Shown here: in pieces, positions 49,959 to 59,292 of the stretch | Layout: each line of letters begins with the position of its first letter | How positions within the stretch are numbered: position 1 is the stretch's first letter | From: Nitrospirota bacterium | GTDB lineage: Bacteria > Nitrospirota > UBA9217 | Direction: 5' to 3' | Length of the DNA stretch: 64,000 bases | Assembly: GCA_963751455.1 (NCBI GenBank) | Contig: CAVVUN010000012.1 | Coordinates: forward strand, 224,001-288,000 | Position numbers and translations under genes: made by a program | Notes under the pieces: model-generated | What the model saw: only the letters and a program-made list of their open reading frames with translations | Told to the model about the DNA's origin: nothing | Database searches by the model: none

Positions 49959-50145
49959 GCGGATAACTCAGGCCGTTCGGCTTTGCCTTGATCCTGTCGC
50001 CCGCGGCAACTGCGTGGAAATTTGTATCGGTCACGCCCGGGAGCAGGGCCATGACATACACTCCCCGCTCCTTGTGCTCGTACCACAGCGATTCGGTGAA
50101 GTTTGTCACGAAACCCTTGGTGCCGCTGTATACTGCCCCGCCGGG
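49959..50145 (-). pseudogene. Near-identical internal copy of the SDR gene (52328-52514)
   Basis: Direct nucleotide match with only a few substitutions. Confidence 0.9.
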
Positions 50146-50173
50146 GAAAGTTCATTCTGATAACACAATGCTT

Positions 50174-52114
50174 TTACCATGAATCTGCCCGGAATTGTTC
50201 CTCTCTCGCAACGATCTTTGCTTTGCCTGCTTCTAAATCTCCGTTCCCGATTGTCCTAATTTCTAATTCAACTCCCCCAACCATCTCGGCCCTCTCGGTC
50301 TCGGTAAAGTAGGGTTTAACATATTCGCGATAAACTGTTCCATCAGGATTGACATCTGCGCGCAGCGCATTGCTTAGATAATCTCGGCCATAGACCGCAT
50401 ACAGCCAAAGCAAATGGTCCGTCTTATACTTATACGCCAACTGTAATTTAGCTTTTGAAGCATTGTAGCTTATCTGCTGACCCTTGGTGTTGCAGACGGT
50501 TCCTGATGCGATACAATCCAGTACAGGATTTATAAATTTTTCTTCCATCTGGCCGAACGTATAGAACAGTAAACCAGATGGCACAACCGACCCTGACGGT
50601 CTTAAATATCCTCCGTAAGGGTCGTCCCCATGCGGCATGCTTACACTTACAGAAGGAAAAGAGGGTCTGCTATGGATATCCCCGTCAAAAAGAGTATTGT
50701 CCGGCTTAACTGGTATATTGATACCACGCAGTACTGCAGAGAAAAGACCAGTCGTGCACCAGCAACCCCGAACCCGGTGCCCTTTCCGGTTTCGAGGATA
50801 TAAGATCCTGTCTGCGGGAGGCGGGCCTTCGTAATTAAATTGCTCGATGTTCGTCTCACTGTCACCCATATGGCCAAGGTGACCTCTCATCCAGTTTGTA
50901 AGCGAATAGATCGTGTGCATCGGGTCGGCTTTGATCATATTTAAATTGGAAAGAAATTCATAGCTGATTCTCGGATTCCATGCTGAAATATTGCCTATGT
51001 TCCCGATGGTAAAGCCATGTTGCTCGGCATCTCTTACATAAGTAAGCAGTTTTCTGCCGTCCAGTAAATAAGCTATTTGTTCATTGTCGTAATCCGCCAG
51101 GCGCCAGGAAACAGCGTGATGAACTTCTACCCACAAAGACTGCGCAATGTGAGAAATAAAAACATGCCAGGCATCGGCTTCCGAAATCGGGTCGAACTCA
51201 AGAACGGTGTCGTGAGGCAGCAAAGTCGGGACGGTGTCCGGATACTGGGTCTGCATTTTTTCAAGCCTGAGAACAGCGTTGTTCAGTTCATTCTTTTCCC
51301 TTACGCTCCACAAAGAATAATTTCTAACACCGGATCTGTTTTCCCAGATGATATTATCCCTAATTTTAGCGTTTTCCAGAAGTTCACGATACGGCTGCAA
51401 GATCAGATCGTCGCTCAGGAGCCTCTCCCGAAGTTCGTTATTGATATTATCCGCTTCGTCTCGGGAATCGCTTGTGGAAAGAACAACCTTCACTTTGGAC
51501 GAAGGTTCAACCTGGATTGGCGGATTCGGAACAACGATGGTCACCTGATGAGGGAAAAGCGTGGGCAAGAGATATTCGAAATCTGCAGCATTGTTTCCGT
51601 TCACGAATACTTTGATCCTGACCGGGGAAGCCGAGGCCCAGTTCGAGACGCCGATATTCGCGACAACAATGTTCAGCCTGTTGTTTACCTGATATGCATC
51701 GCTAACAATGAGGTCTGGTCGGTTTTTCGTAACATCAAATGTTCGGGTCATGGTATTCTGAAATTCGTTCGACTCCTTAATTTGATTTAAGGAATCCAGA
51801 ACAACCGCTACACGTCTGTGTGGTCCGGATATTCTGATATCCGTAGTCAACGTTGTTTCTCCTCCGGAAGGCCGGAACGACTGATCCGGCAGGTCGGATA
51901 AACGATACTCACGAGATAAAAAACCATCAATAAAGATTTTAAGATCCCCTCTATCATCCGGCACCGGCGCCTCGCCCTGATTCTTGAATATTACTGTCAG
52001 CATGTGATCGCTGTCAAATTGGATTTGTTTTGGCACCAAATCGGCTTTTTTACAGGATACAAATAGAGGCAGCGCTATAACACAAAACAAACAGTTTAAG
52101 GAAAAGTTTTTCAC
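50174..52114 (-). CDS. Lipoprotein with two CARDB domains and a putative transglutaminase-like domain
   Basis: Lipobox FVSC; DL(V/I)..N.G..D..N.I.ESNE.N CARDB pattern; GCWCTTGLFSAVLRGINIP..H..D. Confidence 0.7.
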   Translation of the reverse strand: MKNFSLNCLFCVIALPLFVSCKKADLVPKQIQFDSDHMLTVIFKNQGEAPVPDDRGDLKIFIDGFLSREYRLSDLPDQSFRPSGGETTLTTDIRISGPHRRVAVVLDSLNQIKESNEFQNTMTRTFDVTKNRPDLIVSDAYQVNNRLNIVVANIGVSNWASASPVRIKVFVNGNNAADFEYLLPTLFPHQVTIVVPNPPIQVEPSSKVKVVLSTSDSRDEADNINNELRERLLSDDLILQPYRELLENAKIRDNIIWENRSGVRNYSLWSVREKNELNNAVLRLEKMQTQYPDTVPTLLPHDTVLEFDPISEADAWHVFISHIAQSLWVEVHHAVSWRLADYDNEQIAYLLDGRKLLTYVRDAEQHGFTIGNIGNISAWNPRISYEFLSNLNMIKADPMHTIYSLTNWMRGHLGHMGDSETNIEQFNYEGPPPADRILYPRNRKGHRVRGCWCTTGLFSAVLRGINIPVKPDNTLFDGDIHSRPSFPSVSVSMPHGDDPYGGYLRPSGSVVPSGLLFYTFGQMEEKFINPVLDCIASGTVCNTKGQQISYNASKAKLQLAYKYKTDHLLWLYAVYGRDYLSNALRADVNPDGTVYREYVKPYFTETERAEMVGGVELEIRTIGNGDLEAGKAKIVAREEQFRADSW

Positions 52115-52160
52115 TCTATCCCTCCCGGATCAAATTGATTCCTGTGTAGCACTATCCGGT

Positions 52161-52931
52161 TTAACTCTTCAACCCGGAACTGCCCTTCCCCATATTAATG
52201 ATCATCATCTTCCTGCTCGCCAATTTCGTACCCAGAAATGTCAAAAGGCGATACATGCGGCCGGAAATGACAGAGGGTTCCTTCCGCATCCTGAGCGCGG
52301 CGAGCGCATCTTTTACGACGATCACGGGCGGATAACTCAGGCCGTTCGGCTTTGCCTTGATCCTGTCGCCCACGGCAACTGCGTGGAAATTTGTATCGGT
52401 CACGCCCGGGAGCAGGGCCATGACATACACTCCCCGCTCCTTGTGCTCGTACCAGAGTGATTCGGTGAAGTTTGTCACGAAACCCTTGGTGCCGCTGTAT
52501 ACGGCCCTGCCGGGATAGGGCAACCGGGAAAGGACTGACGAAACATTGATCAGCGCATCCCCTGCTTCGGAATTTTTCAGGAAAGCGTGGGAAAGCCTGA
52601 CGAGGGCGTTCATGTTCACGAACATCATATGTTCCTGCTGATCGAGCGCCAGCTTCTCAAATCTGCCGTAGATGCCGTAGCCTGCATTGTTCACGAGAAG
52701 CGAGTAGCGCGTGTGCTCCAGATCATCGACCACACGCTGAAGCTGATTGCTGTCGCTCAGGTCGGCAACGAGTATGCGGTGGCCGTTTCCCAGCTCCTTT
52801 ACGAGTTCCTGGAGCTTGTCCCTGGAGCGGGCGACGCACGTGACGCTATACCCGTCTTGTGCAAGTTCGCGCGCAAAAACCGCTCCGATCCCGCTGCTTG
52901 CTCCTGTAACCATTGCAGTTTTTCTTGTCAT
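52161..52931 (-). CDS. Short-chain dehydrogenase/reductase
   Basis: TGASSGIG, VNNAG, YSGTK. Confidence 0.95.
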   Translation of the reverse strand: MTRKTAMVTGASSGIGAVFARELAQDGYSVTCVARSRDKLQELVKELGNGHRILVADLSDSNQLQRVVDDLEHTRYSLLVNNAGYGIYGRFEKLALDQQEHMMFVNMNALVRLSHAFLKNSEAGDALINVSSVLSRLPYPGRAVYSGTKGFVTNFTESLWYEHKERGVYVMALLPGVTDTNFHAVAVGDRIKAKPNGLSYPPVIVVKDALAALRMRKEPSVISGRMYRLLTFLGTKLASRKMMIINMGKGSSGLKS

Positions 52932-53026
52932 GATGCTCCTCTCGCGGATAGTAATTAGTTTTTAGTTTTGAGTTTCAAGTAAAAAACAATAAACTTATAG
53001 GGCTGCTATCAAGTTCAGTCGCCCTT

Positions 53027-54937
53027 TCAGTACTTTACAACTCCGAAATCATAGCTAACTCCTGGTACTGTTGAGGTATCGGCTTGTACCACTACAAACA
53101 TATTCGTGCCGGTGCTATCATAAAAGACGAATTTCCCATGTGCTTGATAATGGCTGCCAGCATTAACGTCAGGAAGGGCAATGAATTTTTGAAGGCCAAA
53201 AAGTTGATCATCAAATATTTGAACTTCGGTATCTTCTACGCTGGACAATTCCGACGGGATCACCGCCAATGAAGCAGCGGCGGATGAATGAACTGCGTGT
53301 TGTAAGCTCATGTAAAGCGACGCTTTCCGAATCATGTCAAACGTACTGCCTTCGGAGGCAGGGAAAATGTTGCCGTACTTGACTACGAAACCTGTACCGT
53401 CCTCCATCATCCAGAGGTCGCCTCCGGCAAGATAAGTCATTCCAGGAAGAGAAGAACTGTACAAGTAAACCGGAGTTCCAGACGAAATATCGAATTTCAA
53501 AATCCTATTAACTGCATCAGCATAGATCGCTTTTCCACTCGGGTGCAGTTTGATCGCCTTCATATATCCAAAAGACGCTGCGTGAGTGGCGACATCGCCG
53601 GTGTCTACATTTACGGAAAGCAATGGCGCCTGTTCCGGGACGGCATATATATAGCCGTTTCCTGCCAATACGATATCCTTAATATTGCCATTGACGGTCC
53701 AGGTAGTTGTAACTGCTTTTGACACGAGCTCAACATACGAAATAGACCCGTTATGCCCCACGGCAGCGTGCAAACCATCGGGACTGACGGAGACACTCGT
53801 GGGGACAGCGGACAAGTAGACAACCTCATCGAGGTTAGCAACCGGATCATAGATATCGACCTGGTTCGATGGGGTGCCCGATACGGCGATGATACGGTCC
53901 ATCTGTCTGCTGTATTCGGCGTCGATGACCTTGAAGACAAGCTGGGCAACGGGTCTATTTGTGATAACAACCACAATAACGGTATCTGCAGCGCTATTCA
54001 CATAGCCATTGTGGAGCAGCTGCAGGCTGAGCTCATATTTACCTTCCAGGTCTGCCGTAAACGTCTGACAGACCGATGAAGGATCCGAAAGCGTTACAGT
54101 ACTGCCCACCGGTTTTCGCTTTAAACTCCAGGAGTAGTGTACAGTTTCACTGGAGGTATCATAACTACCGCTTCCGTCGAGCTTTATTTCTAGCATAGGC
54201 CCGCTTGTACTGTATTGGTCAGGTCCGGCATCGGCGACACCGGTCATGCTCACGTTCACATCAAGTTCATCCCAGTAGTTGGCGTCCCCGTCAGACACAT
54301 AGAGATAGACTGTATAAATACCCGGCATGTCAGGCGTAAAGGTCGGTTTTACTGCATTACTGTTGGAAAGAGCCGCTTGACTGCGGAACGGCTTCTGCAG
54401 CGTCCAATGATAGGTAAGGTCATCACCGTTCGGATCAGAACTGGCGCTGCCGTCGAGCGTTACCAAGTTTCCGACATTTGCATTCTGGTCCGGACCGGCG
54501 TCTGCGACAGGAGGATCATTTTTAGCTGAAACGTCCACAGTGTCGGGATAGCTTGTCAACGTACCATCAGAGACTTCGAGACTCAGGGTAAAGAGACCGG
54601 CGCGGTCGGCTCTAAACGACGGATTCACAGCAGCCGGATCAGAAAGGACTGCGCTGCTGCCTGCAGGCTTTTTCTCGAACTGCCAGGAATACGTCAAGGG
54701 AGTGCCCTCGTCATCAGAGCTCTGGCTTCCCTCGAGTGTGACCGTTACGCCGCTGGATATTGCCTGGTCAGCTCCTGCTTTGGCAACAGGCCTCGTATTT
54801 ATTGGTCCCGATCCTGAACTCAAAGAACCCGGCTCCAGAAAGCCGTCGCCGCCTGAGCCGCACCCGGCGAGCGAAAGAAAAAGAACAACACCCGGGCAGG
54901 TCATAGAGAATATCTTTGTGATGAATTTCATGGGCAA
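53027..54937 (-). CDS. Lipoprotein with three PKD-like domains and a C-terminal beta-propeller
   Basis: Lipobox LAGC; 3x A.AG.DQ..LDGS.S.D..Y.W; SVSVSPDG propeller blades. Confidence 0.85.
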   Translation of the reverse strand: MPMKFITKIFSMTCPGVVLFLSLAGCGSGGDGFLEPGSLSSGSGPINTRPVAKAGADQAISSGVTVTLEGSQSSDDEGTPLTYSWQFEKKPAGSSAVLSDPAAVNPSFRADRAGLFTLSLEVSDGTLTSYPDTVDVSAKNDPPVADAGPDQNANVGNLVTLDGSASSDPNGDDLTYHWTLQKPFRSQAALSNSNAVKPTFTPDMPGIYTVYLYVSDGDANYWDELDVNVSMTGVADAGPDQYSTSGPMLEIKLDGSGSYDTSSETVHYSWSLKRKPVGSTVTLSDPSSVCQTFTADLEGKYELSLQLLHNGYVNSAADTVIVVVITNRPVAQLVFKVIDAEYSRQMDRIIAVSGTPSNQVDIYDPVANLDEVVYLSAVPTSVSVSPDGLHAAVGHNGSISYVELVSKAVTTTWTVNGNIKDIVLAGNGYIYAVPEQAPLLSVNVDTGDVATHAASFGYMKAIKLHPSGKAIYADAVNRILKFDISSGTPVYLYSSSLPGMTYLAGGDLWMMEDGTGFVVKYGNIFPASEGSTFDMIRKASLYMSLQHAVHSSAAASLAVIPSELSSVEDTEVQIFDDQLFGLQKFIALPDVNAGSHYQAHGKFVFYDSTGTNMFVVVQADTSTVPGVSYDFGVVKY

Positions 54938-54965
54938 CTCGCCGGTCCTGCGGGCCGTCAGACCG

Positions 54966-55613
54966 TTAAAAATGATGGGTCGCGGACAGCATCAAACTGA
55001 GCCCGCTCCCGTCTAGCCCGTCTTCTATTGTTCCGCTTTGCTTGACCCCCTCCGCATTCGTGTAATTTACAACACGGAACATCATGCGCAGGCCCAGAGA
55101 CATGTGTCGACTGAGATATTCATCGATGCCGACTCCCAAATTTAACCCGGACCCGGAAAGTATCGCGTCTCCTGTTTCCCCCGTAGAAAGATTTTGCGAG
55201 CCGTCTCGAATAATAAGGACATTATCACTGCTGCCGAACAAGAGGTATGATTCTGATTCTGTTGTCGAAGCAAAAATATATTTTCCATTGATACTGAAAC
55301 TGAAGTAGTCAACATTCCCGGAGAAGCGCCCCCATTTCCCGCCATGGGTTGAACCAAGGAAATTCAATTCGACTGCCCACTTCTGGCTTATTCCATAGCC
55401 GAAGAAAATGTCGAGACCGAAAGACGGATCAATTCTAGGCACGATAATAACTTCATCGCCCTGCTGCAAATCCGATTTTCCGTTAAAATCGCCATCGATT
55501 GTGTTGTAGGGAACCCCCAGCCCGAGGTAAAAGCCTCGTTTTGCATCAGCATCACAAGTTATACCGAGGATCATGATCAAGACTAAACTCAAAATAAATC
55601 GAGTTTTATGCAT
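54966..55613 (-). CDS. Outer membrane beta-barrel protein
   Basis: Signal peptide, GFYLGLG start, alternating strands, C-terminal F; start estimated at MHKT. Confidence 0.8.
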   Translation of the reverse strand: MHKTRFILSLVLIMILGITCDADAKRGFYLGLGVPYNTIDGDFNGKSDLQQGDEVIIVPRIDPSFGLDIFFGYGISQKWAVELNFLGSTHGGKWGRFSGNVDYFSFSINGKYIFASTTESESYLLFGSSDNVLIIRDGSQNLSTGETGDAILSGSGLNLGVGIDEYLSRHMSLGLRMMFRVVNYTNAEGVKQSGTIEDGLDGSGLSLMLSATHHF

Positions 55614-56100
55614 TGATTCTCCTGGTGCCACTTTCAATTGCGGAATGACAATCTGAGTGCGATGAAATCTGATATTTACACGAACCTGTCATTGATGGGA
55701 TAAAGCTGAACCAATATTGTAAATTGCAAAATGCAAATTGAAGATAGTCAGACGGGGAAATGCTCTCGTGGATTGGTATCGTAATTATACGGATGCGCGA
55801 TTTGTTGTCAAGGGTAGAAGCAGACGCGATGATTGGGAGACGATGGAAACAGACGCAACAGCAACAGAGCGGCAACGAGGAGCGGCCAAAAAAGACGAAA
55901 ACCAAAGAGTGAAGGTTCAAGCCGCACTAAGCATCAGCTTAACCTTTGGAACTGGTAAAGCATCTTCTGTTCACATAATGATACAATCTGCAATACCCTG
56001 AAAATACCCCGCACATATCAGTTAATTTTAGTTGAATATACGAAATATGCCTGATACCATAGTTTTATCAAATTCGGAACCAGGAAACGGAGGATGTGCC

Positions 56101-56991
56101 ATGAAAAAAAGCCTCATCAGTGTCTTCTACAGTATGGTTGTCTTTTTACTCTGCTTTTACGCAGCAACGGCAGGCGCCAACGAGGAGCAGTACCAGACAG
56201 AGATTTCAGCTTTGTATGGCAACCTGGAAGCCGGCGACGATTTCAAAATGACTACGAAGGCCATTAACGGGGAGGTGTTCTTCGCTCCGGTGAACACGAA
56301 AGGTCATCCCTATGCGGAAGCGGCCTTTCTTGAACGGATCGGCAGCGCTTCTCTGGCAGCCTTTCGTTCAGATATAAAAGCAACAGGCAACAAGGGCGAC
56401 GGAATGACATATATGGTGGGGGTTAATATTGCACAGCCTGGTTTCCCGGTCGCAGTAGAACTGATGTATTCCACTTCAAATTTCGATTATGGACCTCCCA
56501 GCGACTCTACGTTTAAGAGCAAGGGATATGGACTCAGAGTCGGCAACTACTTCACGGACCATCTGCTCGCCGGGGTTGAACTGTCAACCAGCAAGACAGA
56601 TGCTTCGGCTTCCGGTTTCGCCATGACGTTCAAGTCCAAAGATTACGGGTTGTTTGCACGATATGCCGGCGAATTGTCAAAGGGCAAACATGTGAGCTTC
56701 GAAGGAAACGTCTTACAGAGCACGTCTGAAGACGACACCGACAAGGAAAAAAATACCAGTATCGGCTTGAGTGCTGATTACTTTTTTAACCGGGCTTTGA
56801 GTACGGGAATCGGCCTCGAGAAAAGCTCCGGCGATAGTGAATCCGACGAGGGCATGACCTACTCCGCGAACATTCGCTATTTCTTCACGCCCCGTTACTC
56901 CGTTCAGCTCGGATACGACCGGTTCCTGAACAGCAACGAGGGTTCCTGGAGCGACTGGTCCTATAACCTCACGCTTGCGGCACGGTTTTGA
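56101..56991 (+). CDS. Putative porin
   Basis: RBS GGAGG, signal peptide, PYAEAAFLER motif, ends LAARF. Confidence 0.8.
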   Translation: MKKSLISVFYSMVVFLLCFYAATAGANEEQYQTEISALYGNLEAGDDFKMTTKAINGEVFFAPVNTKGHPYAEAAFLERIGSASLAAFRSDIKATGNKGDGMTYMVGVNIAQPGFPVAVELMYSTSNFDYGPPSDSTFKSKGYGLRVGNYFTDHLLAGVELSTSKTDASASGFAMTFKSKDYGLFARYAGELSKGKHVSFEGNVLQSTSEDDTDKEKNTSIGLSADYFFNRALSTGIGLEKSSGDSESDEGMTYSANIRYFFTPRYSVQLGYDRFLNSNEGSWSDWSYNLTLAARF

Positions 56992-57026
56992 TTAAAACCG
57001 ACGTGAAATGAGAAGCGACAAGGGAA

Positions 57027-57158
57027 GGTTCAACTCTTCAGGCCGGAACTGCCCTTCCCCCTATTGATGATCATCATCTTCCTGCTCGCCAATTTCGTGC
57101 CCGGGAATGTAAGGACTCGATACATTGGGCCGGAAATGACAGATGGTTCTTTGCGCGC
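57027..57158 (-). pseudogene. Diverged copy of the 3' end of the SDR gene (52158-52289)
   Basis: Shared ccggaactgcccttcccc..gatcatcatcttcctgctcgccaatttcgt..gccggaaatgacaga. Confidence 0.85.
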
Positions 57159-57324
57159 CATCGAGATCAATAAAAATTTCGTTCCGGATAAGCACTACTT
57201 CAATTAAAAAAGGACACCGGACGATTCCCGGTGCCCTTTTTAATCTGACCGCGATACTTGACGGTTAAAGCCGGACACTGAAACGGCCAGGTGTTGCCGA
57301 AGGCTGTTCCAAACGAAGTCCATG

Positions 57325-57828
57325 TCACGAAACAAGTCGTTCCAGTAAAGACTCTATGAACCTGCCTGCAGGTTGCCCATTTCGTGCAGGTTCACTAAAC
57401 AGCTTTACATCGCCGGTGATCCGTGCATTGCCGAAGAGCAGGGCATTTCCGGCGATTTCCGCTTTTTCGAACACCTCGGTTGCCCCGGTTATGACTGCAT
57501 CGCCGTGCACGCGCGCGCAACCGTAGATCTTTGCATCATCCTGGACCCTGGCATTGCCGTAGACCCTTGCACTGCCGAAGATCTGAGCGCTGCCTGAAAC
57601 TTCCGCCTTGTCCGATATCCAGGCATTCCCGAATACAATCACATCGTCGCTGACTTTGCAATGACCGCAGACCTTTGAGCAGGGACCGACATAGACTGTG
57701 TCCGCTACTTGCGCAGTCTCTGCTACCAGCCCTCCCCCGTTCGGATGATGGTGGTATCTTACTCCATCGATCTCCAAAACCGGACCCTCTGTCAAAACCT
57801 TGATATTTCCGTTCATACCTGCGTTCAT
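57325..57828 (-). CDS. Left-handed beta-helix (hexapeptide repeat) protein
   Basis: RBS AAGGAG; HPNGGGLVAETAQV + (V/I)xGxAx repeats; intact paralog of 19448..19945. Confidence 0.85.
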   Translation of the reverse strand: MNAGMNGNIKVLTEGPVLEIDGVRYHHHPNGGGLVAETAQVADTVYVGPCSKVCGHCKVSDDVIVFGNAWISDKAEVSGSAQIFGSARVYGNARVQDDAKIYGCARVHGDAVITGATEVFEKAEIAGNALLFGNARITGDVKLFSEPARNGQPAGRFIESLLERLVS

Positions 57829-58174
57829 ATTTTTTCTCCTTTCCTGAGAAATCGTTCACGACCCGAATTTGTACCCGGTTTTTCCATTCCCTTTCTAAAA
57901 CAAAGGTACTTGATCGTGAATATTGTTTCTCGGCAATCTGTGCTATTTATCTCGGCTTATGCGGTCTGTTTTGATTTGTTTTTCCGAAGCGAATTGTGAA
58001 CCGCGAAATTTTCAGGACAAAACCGAAGTCGATCGCGTTAGTTCGAGACTTTGAATTAATTTAAGACAGCTTTTTGCAGTTTCCATAAACTTTATGCCAT
58101 TTGAAGCAGCACTACCCAATAAGGTAAGCAGTTATGATACTATTAAAGTATGAAGACAAGACTACTGACAGCAG

Positions 58175-59092
58175 ATGCGCCTTAGAGAGGATATGGACAT
58201 TACAAAACAGGTAAACGGGAAGAAGAGTCAGGTACTGATCGTGGAAGACGATCCGGAGATCACCAGCTTTTTGAAGGTGCTGCTTTCAGAGCTCTATTCC
58301 GTTACGGTCGTATCGGAAGGCAGAACTGCGATGGAAAAGATGGAGTCGCCGGAAAACAATACCGATGTCGTCGTTCTCGATTACCGGTTGCCGGACATAT
58401 CAGGCCTGGAGGTGTTGCGAAAAATAAAAAGATTGAAGCCTCATATTCCCGTGATATTCATTACTGCATATGGAGATGAGGAAGTTGCAGTGAAGGCGTT
58501 CAGGTGCGGAGTGAGAGATTACCTGAAGAAACCGTTTAATTATAATGAATTTTTACATTCCCTGAAAGCATGTCTGGCGCTTTCTCTCCTGGATAAGCGC
58601 GGGCCAAGAAGAGTTTTAACAGATGACGTAGACAGGATCACGTCCGACTTTATCAACGGGATTAACAATGCGGCAACGAAATATAATTTACAGAAAGCCG
58701 TCATCTATATAAATAACAACTACATGACCAGGATCACCCGCGATAAAGTGGCAAAAGAAGCATGCAGTTCCAAAAATCACTTTTCCCGCGAATTCAAAAA
58801 AATATTCGGCTGTACGTTTAAGGATTATATCAATAAGCTCAGAATTGAAAAAGCAAGAGAGCTCTTGAAAAATACCAGGATATCGATAACTGAAGCTGCT
58901 TTTTCCGTGGGCTATCCCGATCTCACCAATTTCGAAAGAGTTTTTAAAAAGATCGTGGGCTGCACTCCCAGGGAATTCAAAAACCGCCATAAGCCCGGAG
59001 AAAATGCGGCAAGCAGCTTGAATAGCATGGACCAGGATATATGCTGTGATTCAATAGCGGATTTCGGTTTGCCGATTGTGCCTAAAGAATAG
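58175..59092 (+). CDS. Response regulator, REC + AraC HTH (YesN-like)
   Basis: LIVEDD, LDYRLPD, DYLKKPF; FSREFKK..RIEKARELL..VGY.D...F.RVFKK..G.TP. Confidence 0.93.
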   Translation: MRLREDMDITKQVNGKKSQVLIVEDDPEITSFLKVLLSELYSVTVVSEGRTAMEKMESPENNTDVVVLDYRLPDISGLEVLRKIKRLKPHIPVIFITAYGDEEVAVKAFRCGVRDYLKKPFNYNEFLHSLKACLALSLLDKRGPRRVLTDDVDRITSDFINGINNAATKYNLQKAVIYINNNYMTRITRDKVAKEACSSKNHFSREFKKIFGCTFKDYINKLRIEKARELLKNTRISITEAAFSVGYPDLTNFERVFKKIVGCTPREFKNRHKPGENAASSLNSMDQDICCDSIADFGLPIVPKE

Positions 59093-59240
59093 ACTTTAGA
59101 GGGACTGATTGTAAATCGGACCCTGAGACAGAAGCGACGGGGAGAACCAGACCGGGTGATCGAGAATCGAAGGGGTGACTCGGGACAGGTCCCAGATAAA
59201 GGTTAGCCGCGAATACGAATTTATCCCTGACATGCAATAC

Positions 59241-59278
59241 CCAGGGCCACAGTGACTCTTCAATCACTGTGGCCCTGG
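59241..59278. terminator. Hairpin between convergent genes
   Basis: ccagggccacagtga..tcactgtggccctgg. Confidence 0.75.
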
Positions 59279-59292
59279 CTTGCATTGCTGTA

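Noticed and set aside
49959-52514. DGR template/variable repeat pair
   Set aside because: Differences are few and not adenine-specific, the target is an SDR, and no reverse transcriptase is present in the window.
58080-58102. Sigma54 promoter on the minus strand (TGGCAT..)
   Set aside because: No GC at the -12 position (GG-N10-AT).
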